DNA of 64,000 bases from Oculina patagonica (taxonomy: Eukaryota). The DNA lies in NCBI RefSeq assembly GCF_052425735.1, contig NC_135771.1, forward strand, positions 10,850,001 to 10,914,000. Reading direction: 5' to 3'. The notes under the pieces were generated by a model, which saw only the letters and a program-made list of their open reading frames with translations, searched no databases and had not been told where the DNA came from. Shown in pieces: positions 12,255 through 25,323 of the stretch (position 1 is the stretch's first letter; each line of letters begins with the position of its first letter). Made by a program: the position numbers and the translations under genes.

Positions 12255-12758
12255 ATGTTGTTCAAATTCCTTTTGATGTCCTTGATGGCCACCGTGCTGA
12301 TGTCCGACGAAGCTTCAGCAAATACCTGTCCTAAACACTGGGTGAAACTCAACGAGTATCCAGTTTGCTTCGGAACCCGAGATAGCCAGTTCGGTAAGTT
12401 TACCGTCAAGACAAACATCGCCGTGAGCTCCCTGATGCTCGTGCACCGCTTAGGTGCGGTAAATTGTCAACATACCACTAAAGCCCGTGACAGCAACTGG
12501 GGATGTAATCGTACTAGCATTGGTGCCGTCCTAACAGACCATCAAAACAGCATACTGGCTCCACCTTCAATCGACAATGAAGGATGGTACCTTCTGCCAG
12601 GTTACACCTCCAACTCGCCAGTCCTCGAGTTCTGTCAATCGTTCTCTTTCTCCGCTAGCGACGAGCTGCGTCTGTGGTATGGAGAGGATTTACGTGGATC
12701 CACCGAGAGCAACAACGCTGGTACATCGTGCGCAGACGTGTATGGTCTTGTGGCTTAA
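12255..12758 (+). CDS. Secreted Cys-rich protein, type I
   Basis: Near-identical to 5054-5557. Confidence 0.93.
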   Translation: MLFKFLLMSLMATVLMSDEASANTCPKHWVKLNEYPVCFGTRDSQFGKFTVKTNIAVSSLMLVHRLGAVNCQHTTKARDSNWGCNRTSIGAVLTDHQNSILAPPSIDNEGWYLLPGYTSNSPVLEFCQSFSFSASDELRLWYGEDLRGSTESNNAGTSCADVYGLVA

Positions 12759-12939
12759 ACCAGCAGCCAACACTACGCCGACCCGATGCAGCGGCAAACC
12801 TCGAACAGTAAAATAAAATGGTGATTTTCAGTAGAGGGGACAGTTTTGTAGTTACTTGTTTGAAGGCATTAATAAAGGAACTCGAGGTGAAAAAAGTTGT
12901 GTTAGTTCAGTGTCGTGTCCGAATGCATTTTTTTTTACC

Positions 12940-13089
12940 AGCCTCCCCCTCAGGCGCCTCGATTTTCGCTGCAACAAAGCGAGAACAAAGCGAACGCGAA
13001 GCGCGAGTTACTGGTGACGAGACCTTCCCCTACTCCCTTGCGCGCCCATGTCCCACAAAACAAGAGAGACGCGTCTGGGTACGAGGCAG
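12940..13089. mobile_element. 150-bp MITE-like insertion in the 3' flank
   Basis: AGCCTC...TACGAGGCAG; absent from most units. The same insert occurs at 38318-38467 and 41729-41878. Confidence 0.8.
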
Positions 13090-14223
13090 TTTTTTCCCTT
13101 CACAAAAAACTTAAGCTTGCTTCTCTATTTAAGCACTCGCATGCAGCGAAAGCTCCGCAATCTGTCGTTTGGATGCGTTTGAAGGCGAACGTACAAAGTA
13201 AAGCCATTTTGAAAGCAATTGAACAGCACCTGATGCATAGAAGTACAATTCTTTCTAAATATTCCTAAAATATTGAAATTAAACTATCGATCAAACTTTG
13301 CCAGAGATGACGTCGAAATATGCAGGAATTTCTCTCAAGCGTTCGTGACAAAAATTACTCTAACATGCATTGATCATAGAGTTTCAATTTAAATTCCATG
13401 GTTAGGTATAAAAAAAACACATTTATTTTCCAGCTGAAAGAAAGAGGGAAAAGAATCAACAAAAATTACTAAGAAATAAACAAAAAAAAAATAGAAGAAG
13501 TGAAAAAGTCGTAAAAATGTGTCCTAATTTTGGGCTGTGTATATGCTTGAGAATGACAGTTAACTCGCAACTGCCAGATAGTCTGCATTTTTAGCAATTC
13601 AGTTTATATGTAAATGTCTTTTGTCAGGAGTCATGGCCTCCTGCATTTTCCCAGTCAAAATCTGCCCAAATCCCAGTTCCCGTTTACTCTTTCAGGCCCC
13701 TCTGCCCTATTCTAAACTTTTTACTTGAGGTACCCCTTAAAATTCTTGGTTTTCACGTGACGTAATCAAAATTACAAAATCGCAAGAACCCTGAGTTTTT
13801 ATCCTTCACTGGATATTAGACATTTCTTTTGATGATATATATTTTGTTGAACATTACACTGACTACACTGTAAAGCAGTTTCAATCATAAAACGAAGATA
13901 TGCTTAAAAAAATAAAAGATTTGCAAAAAAACAGCGACGAAAACAAAGTTTACGTGTACCCATAGAGAGACACATGTATTGTTAAGCGTGCACGTCTTTG
14001 GGCGACAGATACTTAGAAGAGCCAACTTCTCGAAACTTGAAACTGGCTTTAAGCAGCTGTTTTCCAACTCAAAGAAGCCGTTGAACAGTTAGCTAACTTC
14101 TGCTTTGACTGAAATGTCGTCATCCGATCCCCTTTACAGTCTGACTGTGAAAAGACCACGCAGCCTGAGGGATCAATATTTGTCTTGAATCACAATAGCT
14201 GGCTAATAAAACCCCACCCGACC

Positions 14224-14487
14224 AACTGGGGATGTAATCGTACTAGCATTGGTGCCGTCCTAACAGACCATCAAAACAGCATACTGGCTCCACCTTCAAT
14301 CGACAATGAAGGATGGTACCTTCTGCCAGGTTACACCTCCAACTCGCCAGTCCTCGAGTTCTGTCAATCGTTCTCTTTCTCCGCTAGCGACGAGCTGCGT
14401 CTGTGGTATGGAGAGGATTTACGTGGATCCACCGAGAGCAACAACGCTGGCACATCGTGCGCAGACGTGTATGGTCTTGTGGCTTAA
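14224..14487 (+). pseudogene. 5'-deleted type I copy
   Basis: The upstream sub-repeat (AAAACCCCACCCGA) is fused to CAACTGGGGATGT (NWGC). About 1.4 kb is missing, covering the promoter, exon 1, intron and signal peptide. Confidence 0.9.
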
Positions 14488-17228
14488 ACCCGCAGCCAAC
14501 ACTACGCTGACCCGATGCAGCGGCAAACCTCGAACAGTAAAATAAAATGGTGATTTTCAGTAGAGGGGACAGTTTTGTAGTTACTTGTTTGAAGGCATTA
14601 AAAAAGGTACTCGAGGTGAAAAAAAGTTGTGTTAGTTCAGTGTCGTCTCCGAATACATTTTTCCCTTCACACAAACTTAAGCTTGCTTCTCTATTTAAGC
14701 ACTCGCATGCAGCAAAACTCTGCAATCTGTCGTTTGGATGCGTTTGGAGGCGAATTACAAAGTAAAGCCATTTTGAAAGCAATTGAACAGCACCTGATGC
14801 ATAGAAGTACAATTCTTTCTAAATATTCCCAAAATATTGAAATTAAACTATCGATCAAACTTTGCCAGAGATGACGTCGAAATATGCAGGAATTTCTCTC
14901 AAGCGTTCGTGACAACAATTACTCTAACATGCGTTGATCATAGAGTTTCAATTTAAATTCCATTGGTTAAGTATAAAAAAATCACATTTATTTTTCAGCT
15001 GAAAGAAAGAGGGTAAAGAATCAACAAAATTAAGAAATAAACAAAGAAAGAAAATGGAAGGTGTGTAAAAGTCGTAAAAATGTGTCCTAATTTTGGACTG
15101 TGCATATGCTTGAGAATGATAGTTAACTCGCAACTGCTAGATATTCCGCATTTTTAGCAATTCAGTTTCTATATAAATGCCTTTTGTCAGGAGTCATGGC
15201 CTCCTACATTTTCCCAGTCAAAATCTGCCCAAATCCCAGTTCCAGTTTACTCTTTCAGGCCCCTCTTCCCTATTCTAAACTTTTTACTTGAGGTACCCCT
15301 TAAAATTCTTGGTTTTCACGTGACGTAATCAAAATTACAAAATCCAGAATCGCAAGACCCCTGAGCTTTTATCCTTCACTGGCTATTAGATGTTTTTAAT
15401 ATATATTTTGTTGAACATTACACTGACTACACTGTAAAGCAGTTTAAATCATAAAACGAAGATATGCTTAAAAAAATAAAAGATTTGCAAAAAAAGCGAC
15501 GAAAACAAAGTTTACGTGTACCCATAGAGAGCCACATGTATTGTTAAGCGTGCACGTCTTTGGGCGACAGATACTTAGAAGTGCCAACTTCTCGAAACTT
15601 GAAACTGGCTTTAAGCAGCTATTTTCCAACTCATAGAAGCCGTTGAAAAGTTAGCTAATTTCTGCTTTAACTAAAATGTCGTCATCCGATCCACTTTACA
15701 GTCTGACTGTGAAAAGACCACGCGGGGGATCAATATTTGTCTTGAATCACAATAGCTGGCTAATAGAAAACCCGACCCGACGGTCACGTTTTGTACTCTT
15801 TAAACTCAAATGTCACTGAACAAATCCATTGTGATTTTTTCTCAAAACTTGCACGGCATTAAGCAGCTGTTTTCCAACTCACAGAAGCCGTTGAACAGTT
15901 AGCTAACTTCTGCTTTGACAGAAATGTCGATCGTAACCGTATCCACTTTACAGTCTGACTGTGAAAAGACCACGCAGCCTGAGGGATCAATATTTGTCTT
16001 GAATCACAATAGCTGGCTAATAAAACCCCACCCGATGAACACGTTCTGTACTCTTAAACTCAAATGCTAACAAAGGCATTCTGATCTTTAACAAACACCT
16101 TCCTACGTAACAAAAAACAAATCTGTTTCGTCATCCCTTTTCGCAGCCTCTGTCGTCTTTTGTTTTAAATTGGCATAGAATTGAGCGTTATTTTAGTATT
16201 CAGCATTAACCCTATACGAGTTCTAAAACAGAAGACTCATTGTTAGTATTACACTCTCTCTGACTGTTTTTACTTTTGTTAAAGTTCACGGCATAACAAG
16301 TGAAAGTTTGCTCTGTTTTAACTAGGCGAAAATTCACATGAACGTTAATGTTTAGAAGCCACGTTACCCAAGATGAATGCAACGGGATATGCTCTGTCTG
16401 CAGGTTCTTCTGTCATTTTTCCAACTTGATAGATGTCAATTTGATATCTTAGCGTTTCTAATTACAACCTTAGTAAAGCACAAAAAGCCACCGATCACAT
16501 TCAGTTCTTCACAGAGAGCTTACCAGTAACGAAGTCTTATACTTGAAGATCAAGAAACAAGAAACCCACATTACGGTGAGTCATTTTTGAAGCTAGTTTG
16601 CATTTTTAACAGCAGAGTAATAAAGTAGCTCGCTTTTTCGTGGATAATGCGAAGCGAATACACGAGCCGGGTAAGTACTGAAAGCCGTCCGTTTTTCTGG
16701 CAAAAATTCCTACTGATTTTCTATTTTTGTTTCGCAATTTTATTCCTTCAAGACGGTCCATATAAACGACATAGAAATCCTTATAGAGACTCTTATTGAA
16801 GATCGTAAATTCCACAGGCGTCAAACATCATAAATCATTACTGTAGTCAAGATGCGCAATTTCGTGTACTCCTTTGCGTGCGTCTCTTACTCCTCGTTCT
16901 GGGATACAATTCGTTTTTTTTAACTTGTTTCATCTTGATATCACAGCCTGTGTATTTAACAACCGCTTGTTGGACTGAAAAAAGGAAAGGACAGGGAACG
17001 GTGTAAAACTTTGACGCCTTCTGTAAGCTAGATACATAATGCGAGAAAAAAGAAAGAAATATTCGTATAAACAAGCCCTTCTACTAATGTTCGACTATTC
17101 AATTGCTAAACATCAGCAGGACAAAGTTCGTCGCGATTTCTGAGGCGCAATAGCGAAGAGGAGCCCCATAACATCATGTCTTATAATCTTCTCATTTTTC
17201 TTCTGTCTCAGATCAAAACGAAGTGATC

Positions 17229-17732
17229 ATGTTGTTCAAATTCCTTTTGATGTCCTTGATGGCCACCGTGCTGATGTCCGACGAAGCTTCAGCAAATACC
17301 TGTCCTAAACACTGGGTGAAACTCAACGAGTATCCAGTTTGCTTCGGAACCCGAGATAGCCAGTTCGGTAAGTTTACCGTCAAGACAAACATCGCCGTGA
17401 GCTCCCTGATGCTCGTGCACCGCTTAGGTGCGGTAAATTGTCAACATACCACTAAAGCCCGTGACAGCAACTGGGGATGTAATCGTACTAGCATTGGTGC
17501 CGTCCTAACAGACCATCAAAACAGCATACTGGCTCCACCTTCAATCGACAATGAAGGATGGTACCTTCTGCCAGGTTACACCTCCAACTCGCCAGTCCTC
17601 GAGTTCTGTCAATCGTTCTCTTTCTCCGCTAGCGACGAGCTGCGTCTGTGGTATGGAGAGGATTTACGTGGATCCACCGAGAGCAACAACGCTGGTACAT
17701 CGTGCGCAGACGTGTATGGTCTTGTGGCTTAA
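17229..17732 (+). CDS. Secreted Cys-rich protein, type I
   Basis: Intact; same protein as 12255-12758. Confidence 0.93.
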   Translation: MLFKFLLMSLMATVLMSDEASANTCPKHWVKLNEYPVCFGTRDSQFGKFTVKTNIAVSSLMLVHRLGAVNCQHTTKARDSNWGCNRTSIGAVLTDHQNSILAPPSIDNEGWYLLPGYTSNSPVLEFCQSFSFSASDELRLWYGEDLRGSTESNNAGTSCADVYGLVA

Positions 17733-20228
17733 ACCAGCAGCCAACACTACGCTGACCCGATGCAGCGGCAAACCTCGAACAGTAAAATAAAATGGTGATT
17801 TTCAGTAGAGGGGACAGTTTTGTAGTTACTTGTTTGAAGGCATTAATAAAGGAACTCGAGGTGAAAAAAAGTTGTGTTAGTTCAGTGTCGTCTCCGAATA
17901 CATTTTTCCCTTCACACAAACTTAAGCTTGCTTCTCTATTTAAGCACTCGCATGCAGCAAAACTCTGCAATCTGTCGTTTGGATGCGTTTGGAGGCGAAT
18001 TACAAAGTAAAGCCATTTTGAAAGCAATTCAACAGCACCTGATGCATAGAAGTACAATTCTTTGTAAATATTCCTAAAATATTGAAATTAAACTATCGAT
18101 CAAACTTTGCCAGAGATGACGTCGAAATATGCAGGAATTTCTCTCAAGCGTTCGTGACAAAAATTACTCTAACATGCATTGATCATAGAGTTTCAATTTA
18201 AATTCCATTGGTTTGGTATAAAAAAAACACATTTATTTTCCAGCTGAAAGAAAGAGGGAAAGGAATCAACAAAAATTACTAAGAAATAAACAAAAAAAGA
18301 AAATAGAAGGTGTGTAAAAGTCGTAAAAATGTGTCCTAATTTTGGGCTGTGTATATGCCTGAGAATGATAGTTAACTCGCAACTGCCAGATAGTCCGCAT
18401 TTTTAGCAATTCAGTTTATATATAAATGTCTTTTGTCAGGAGTCATGGCCTCCTGCATTTTCCCAGTCAAAATCTGCCCAAATCCCAGTTCCCGTTTACT
18501 CTTTCAGGCCCCTCTGCCCTATTCTAAACTTTTTACTTGAGGTACCCCTTAAAATTCTTGGTTTTCACGTGACGTAATCAAAATTACAAAATCGCAAGAA
18601 CCCTGAGTTTTTATCCTTCACTGGATATTAGACATTTTTTTTGATGATATATATTTTGTTGAACATTACACTGACTACACTGTAACGCAGTTTCAATCAT
18701 AAAACGAAGATATGCTTAAAAAAATTAAAGATTTGCAAAAAAACAGCGACGAAAACAAAGTTTACGTGTACCCATAGAGAGACACATGTATTGTTAAGCG
18801 TGCACGTCTTTGGGCGACAGATACTTAGAAGTGCCAACTTCTCGAAACTTGAAACTGGCTTTAAGCAGCTGTTTTCTAACTCAAAGAAGCCGTTGAACAG
18901 TTAGCTAACTTCTGCTTTGACTGAAATGTCGTCATCCGATCCACTTTACAGTCTGACTGTGAAAAGACCACGCAGCCTGAGGGATCAATATTTGTCTTGA
19001 ATCACAATAGCTGGCTAATAAAACCCCACCCGATGGACACGTTTTGTACTCTTTAAACTCAAATGCTAACAAAGGCATTCTGATCTTTAACAAACACCTT
19101 CCTACGTAACAAAAAACAAATCTGTTTCGTCATCCCTTTTCGTAGCCTCTGTCGTCTTTTGTTTTAAATTGGCATAGAATTGAGCGTTATTTTGGTATTC
19201 AGCATTAGCCCTATACGAGTTCTAAAACAGACGACTCATTGTTAGTATTACACTCTCTCTGAATGTTTTTACTTTTGTTAAAGTTCACGGCATAACAAGT
19301 GAAAGTTTGCTCTGTTTTAACTAGGCGAAAATTCACATGAACGTTAATGTTTAGAAGCCACGTTACCCAAGATGAATGCAACGGGGCATGCTCTGTCTGC
19401 AGGTTCTTCTGTCATTTTTTCAACTTGATAGATGTCAATTTGATATCTTAGCGTTTCTAATTACAACCTTAGTAAAGCACAAAAAGCCACCGATCACATT
19501 CAGTTCTTCACAGAGAGCTAACCAGTAACGAAGTCTTATACTTGAAGATCAAGAAACAAGAAACCCACATTACGGTGAGTCATTTTTGAAGCTAGTTTGC
19601 ATTTTTAACAGCAGAGTAATAAAGTAGCTCGCTTTTTCGTGGATAATGCGAAGCGAATACACGAGCCGGGTAAGTACTGAAAGCCGTCCGTTTTTCTGGC
19701 AAAAATTCCTACTGATTTTCTATTTTTGTTTCGCAATTTTATTCCTTCAAGACGGTCCATATAAACGACATAGAAATCCTTATAGAGACTCTTATTGAAG
19801 ATCGTAAATTCCACAGGCGTCAAACATCATAAATCATTACTGTAGTCAAGATGCGCAATTTCGTGTACTCCTTTGCGTGCGTCTCTTACTCCTCGTTCTG
19901 GGATACAATTCGTTTTTTTTAACTTGTTTCATCTTGATATCACAGCCTGTGTATTTAACAACCGCTTGTTGGACTGAAAAAAAGGAAAGGACAGGGAACG
20001 GTGTAAAACTTTGACGCCTTCTGTAAGCTAGATACATAATGCGAGAAAAAAGAAAGAAATATTCGTATAAACAAGCCCTTCTACTAATGTTCGACTATTC
20101 AATTGCTAAACATCAGAAGGACAAAGTTCGTCGCGATTTCTGAGGCGTAATAGCGAAGAGGAGCCCCATAACATCATGTCTTATAATCTTCTCATTTTTC
20201 TTCTGTCTCAGATCAAAACGAAGTGATC

Positions 20229-20732
20229 ATGTTGTTCAAATTCCTTTTGATCTCCATGATGGCCACCGTGCTGATGTCCGACGAAGCTTCAGCAAATACC
20301 TGTCCTAAACACTGGGTGAAACTCAACGAGTATCCAGTTTGCTTCGGAACCCGAGATAGCCAGTTCGGTAAGTTTACCGTCAAGACAAACATCGCCGTGA
20401 GCTCCCTGATGCTCGTGCACCGCTTAGGTGCGGTAAATTGTCAACATACCACTAAAGCCCGTGACAGCAACTGGGGATGTAATCGTACTAGCATTGGTGT
20501 CGTCCTAACAGACCATCAAAACAGCATACTGGCTCCACCTTCAATCGACAATGAAGGATGGTACCTTCTGCCAGGTTACACCTCCAACTCGCCAGTCCTC
20601 GAGCTCTGTCAATCGTTCACTTTCTCCGCTAGCGACGAGCTGCGTCTGTGGTATGGAGAGGATTTACGTGGATCCACCGAGAGCAACAACGCTGGTACAT
20701 CGTGCGCAGACGTGTATGGTCTTGTGGCTTAA
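20229..20732 (+). CDS. Secreted Cys-rich protein, type I (ISMM signal peptide, ELCQSFT)
   Basis: Intact ORF with conserved acceptor. Confidence 0.93.
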   Translation: MLFKFLLISMMATVLMSDEASANTCPKHWVKLNEYPVCFGTRDSQFGKFTVKTNIAVSSLMLVHRLGAVNCQHTTKARDSNWGCNRTSIGVVLTDHQNSILAPPSIDNEGWYLLPGYTSNSPVLELCQSFTFSASDELRLWYGEDLRGSTESNNAGTSCADVYGLVA

Positions 20733-21540
20733 ACCCGCAGCCAACACTACGCTGACCCGATGCAGCGGCAAACCTCGAACAGTAAAATAAAATGGTGATT
20801 TTCAGTAGAGGGGACAGTTTTGTAGTTACTTGTTTGAAGGCATTAATAAAGGTACTCGAGGTGAAAAAAAGTTGTGTTAGTTCAGTGTCGTCTCCGAATA
20901 CATTTTTCCCTTCACAAAAACTTAAGCTTGCTTCTCTATTTAAGCACTCGCATGCAGCAAAACTCTGCAATCTGTCGTTTGGATGCGTTTGGAGGCGAAT
21001 TACAAAGTAAAGCCATTTTGAAAGCAATTCAACAGCACCTGATGCATAGAAGTACAATTCTTTGTAAATATTCCCAAAATATTGAAATTAAACTATCGAT
21101 CAAACTTTGCCAGAGATGACGTCGAAATATGCAGGAATTTCTCTCAAGCGTTCGTGACAAAAATTACTCTAACATGCATTGATCATAGAGTTTCAATTCA
21201 AATTGCACTGGTTAGGTAAAAAAGAAAGCATTTGCAACTAAGAGAAAGAGGGTAAAGAATCAACGAAAATTAAGAAATAAACAAAGAAAGAAAATAGAAG
21301 ATGTGAAAGAGTCGTAAAAATGTGTCCTGACTTTTGGCTGTGTATATGCTTGAGAATGATAGTTAACTCGCAACTGCCAGATAATCCGCATTTTTAGCAA
21401 TTCAGTTTATCTTTATATGCCTTTTGTCAGGAGTCATGGGCTCCTGCATTTTCCCAGTCAAAATTTCCTCAAATCCCAGTTCCCATTTACCCCCTTCAGG
21501 CCCCTCTTCCCTTTTCTAAACTTTTTATTTCAGTTGGACC

Positions 21541-21704
21541 CAGCCTAGTCCCTAGGCGTTCTCTCTTTTTTCCTGTAATCCGCGCGAAGTCTGGGACTAG
21601 AACGCACGAGAGAACGCCGTTCTCGACGAGTCTCTCTCGGTGACGTCATGGCTCACAATAGGGTCCAGGGTTGACCGAGCCGAGAACGCCAAGGGACTAG
21701 GCTG
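21541..21704. mobile_element. MITE-like element (paralog of 1873-2036)
   Basis: Same terminal inverted repeats. Confidence 0.8.
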
Positions 21705-24200
21705 AGTTAATTAGACCCGGGTATCCAAACCTCCTTCACGGTTATGATTTTTCTTGTTTTAACTTGATGAATTATTAATAAGTTTCAGAAGATTGTTTCT
21801 ACAACTCCATAGAAACACGGAGAAAATGTTCTCTAAATCTTTCAGAAAACACTGTGAGAACAAAAATAAATCAATCGTTTATTTTGATTATCAAAATGTA
21901 AATTCTGTTTGTTCGCGCCATCATTTATACGTCAACATGCACACGTGGTGTTTGTCCTGTCTTTCAGTCGAGTTACAGAAGCACGGCTTTTAGTACACTG
22001 AACAGCCCTTCAGTTGAGACGAATTTTTTCTACCAAGTGAATAGCCATCTCTGTTGTTTCCTATCAATCGATTTGTGGCGAAATTTAAAAAAACACTTAT
22101 TCACAATTAATTAGGAGAAGGTTTTGCTTGCTGGGTATTGTGCAATTTAACGACAAACATAACTATTCAAGCAGACTGCCTGCTAAGGACTTCCTATGTA
22201 AACTTGCAAGATTGTGATGTCAAGAACATGGAGGGAGCGGAGGCGAAACCCACACGACAATTCGAGACAAGTCGTCCTGAAGAAATTGCCTAAACTTGCC
22301 AGGTAGGCTTTTGTATTAATTTAGATTTCACCAAATTCGCGAGCCCAAAGCCGTATTAATCACATTTAAGTAAAATACCAGGTGAAAGAAAATACTTTAA
22401 TGTTGACTTCATCTTTATTACGCCATTTTAGGCCAAATAGTGCGGCCCTCAAAATGGCATATCTTGCAAATTTTTGTAATTTACCTTGTATGTATTGAAC
22501 GCCCATCGCGAAAATATAACTTTCCCAAAAAATATTTTATAACATTTAGAAACTACAATAACCGTTTTAATTCTGCTCAGTTCTAATTTGGTTTCAACAA
22601 ACTGAGCACTTTGCGAGAAATTGCGAAATTGGTTGTGCTTGATTTTCCCACTTGTCAAAATGGCCGACAGACACTATGATAAAGCGACAGTTTTTTCCTT
22701 GTACATAAATCGCAAAATAATTTTACGGTAATTTTTATAAACTAGAAGAATGACTCTACTTTGTGCTGGGATTTCGTTTGATTTGGTTTACACATATTAG
22801 AGAACTAGACTCGTATATTTTTATATTTTGAGAGTGATTTCTTAGCTCAAAACATAAACCTGAGGCGTGCGTGACCAACTGCGGTTGCCATGGCAACAAT
22901 AGATCTATCAATCAAAATATGCTTGTTTTTGTTCATCCCCCAAGGTAACCTACCTACACACCAAAAATGAAGGGGTGTTTCAATAATTTATTTCCAAGTT
23001 TGATTCACTTTCTCAAAGAAGTGTTCTTAATAGCTCATTTGACGACTGTCAGCTGTCAGTAATTTCGTGCTCATTCCGCGTTGCTCCTAATTTTCAGTTT
23101 CTAATATCCTCTTTTCTCACTCAAATATTTCGTACCTTCACGTTTTTTCTTCTTTGTAACTTAAGACTTACAGTAAAGCATCGTGAACAAAAATTTATCT
23201 GAATATAACTTCGATACGGAGCACGTGCTAACTGGTCAAAAACCTAATATGTAACTACGCTCGACTTCGCGTAAGGACGAAGAATTGCTTAGCATTAGTT
23301 TAATGTTTTATTTTGCCCTATCAGTTGATGAAAACAGAAGATATGGTTCTCATAAACGTTCGAAATGCAAACTAAATAAGGTCATTACAACGAATTTTCC
23401 CGCCCGCCGTAGTTAATTAAAATAGAGCAAAGGACCTCGAGGGGAAAAAACGAAAACAAACACAAGAAACAGTTTTCGCTTTCACTGGCCTGGCATGATA
23501 TTGATAGCGTTGATATGTTCTCATTCAACATTCTACTACTCGAAAACCTTATTTGTAAGGAGAAAAACTACTACAAACAGGACGCGATAAAAGCTGAGAA
23601 GAAACTTTATAGACTCTATATAAACGCCGAGTCCTCGCACGCCGACTTGAATTCTGTACATGTTAAGTCTGTTATTCGGCAAATAACCGACGAAGAAATA
23701 CAGGCATTAAGTTAATAAATTCGGAATAAATTTCGAAAGCAGAATTTCTAGAATAAACCTCTATTCCAAATTTCGCCAGTCTTTGAAATTTGTAAACTTG
23801 CAAACTTTCCGTGCAGTCCATATTTACTCTCGTGATGAATGACTCCGGCCGATTTCGTGAACGTACTTTTAAATCATTGAACAAATTTTCTGCCTTTAAC
23901 CGATTGCCATTTTCATTTGCTTTCATTTGCTTTCAAATTTTCAATTTCGTATATTCTGTTTTCTCACTAAAAGACCTTTATAGCTTATTACCTTTTAAAA
24001 ATGTTCGTCGTGTTGATCAGTAAAATTCTAAGCGTGGAGCTGAACCTGTGTCTTATTTTTTCAGCCACTTTTATTGGCTGACCGAGTCATTCGATGAGTG
24101 TGTTGAGAATAAGCAAGTAGTTGATCTTGAAATTTAAACAAGATTTCTTTATAAAAGCAATAGACTGCACTGTCCTCACAGTGGAGTTTTATTGGCATAA

Positions 24201-24466
24201 GGGGGAGCAGGGATAGCGCAGTGGTGAGAACGCTCACTTCCCACCAATGTGGCCCGGGTTCGATTCCCGGACATGGTGTTATATGTGGGTTGAGTTTGTT
24301 GTTGGTTCTCGTCCTTGCTCCGAGGGTTTTTCTCCTGGATGTCCGGTTTTCCTCCCTCCACAAAAACCAACACTTCTAAATTCCAATTCGATCGGGAATC
24401 CGAGGGCCACAGGTTTGTCAGTTGCAAAACTGTTACGAGCAACCCTCGTTAAACAAAGTCGATTTA
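24201..24466 (+). mobile_element. tRNA-derived SINE (V-domain-like body)
   Basis: A box TAGCGCAGTGG, B box GGTTCGATTCC, body GGGTTTTTCTCC..CCGGTTTTCCTCCC, (ATTT)n tail. Confidence 0.85.
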
Positions 24467-25264
24467 CAGTTGACTCCCGATAACTCGAACCTTCAAGGGA
24501 AATTGAAAATGGTTCGAGTTATCGGGAGTTCGAGTTATCGTGAATTGAAAATAAATTACCGGAAATAAGGGCAAAAAAAGGTGTTTACTGATTTAAATGG
24601 ATTTTCTATTCATAGAACAGTGTAGATCAGTGTACATTTTAAATAAACAAATTTAATTGGAGAATAGATAAGCCGAAAGAGAAAGGAACAACATATTTCC
24701 AAATCACTGTCAGGTATACATCAGAACGTAACGTAAAACAGCAAATTTAATAGCTGCGAACTTTGCAGGTTTCAAAGAGAACAACGCTAATGCTATAGGC
24801 TACTGATTCATAGTTTATGCGACTTACTTTTCGAGAAATAGTCAGTTAATTCGCGCTGGCGATAACCCTTTAAAGTTTTCTAAGGTCGGATTTGGAAGAA
24901 TCGGTATCAACCTCCACACCCGGGCTTCCACAAACGAACTGAACGTCTGTAGCACGTCAAAAGCGGGACACAGTTCGTGTTTTGAGGGGCGTTCTAACTA
25001 GCGTAAGTTTTTATTTCAAATAATTTCAACGTTTTGGACTACAGCACACTGTTTGTTTTGACTTGTCATGTATTGACCGACATGGTTCGAGTTATTGAGG
25101 TAAAATTATATAGAAAATGACCTGAAGGGAAACGAAAGTTGGTTCGAGTTAGCGGGAGATTCGAGTTACCGAGGTAAAATTACAGTAAATGTAGAACGGA
25201 AATCCAGGAAAATAGATTTTGGTTCGAGTTAGCGCGAGGTTCGAGTTAGCGAAGGAGTCGACTG
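24467..25264. mobile_element. Non-autonomous Tc1/mariner-pogo-like DNA transposon
   Basis: TA|CAGTTGACTCC ... GGAGTCGACTG|TA; repeated subterminal TTCGAGTTA motifs; no ORF. Confidence 0.8.
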
Positions 25265-25267
25265 TAT

Positions 25268-25322
<55 letters not shown>
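25265..25322 (+). repeat. (ATTT)n microsatellite, the displaced SINE tail
   Basis: About 14 units here versus ~3 in units 2 and 3. Confidence 0.95.

Positions 25323-25323
<1 letters not shown>

Noticed and set aside
22884-22897. Perfect RFX X-box palindrome GTTGCCATGGCAAC
   Set aside because: It lies in repeat-derived sequence with no linked gene start.
23515-24023. ORFs in the triplicated 3-kb unit
   Set aside because: Stops and frameshifts differ between units, and there are no recognisable motifs.
24201-24275. tRNA genes (also 2720-2792, 27036, 30434)
   Set aside because: A and B boxes are present, but they run into SINE bodies and tails with no proper acceptor stem.
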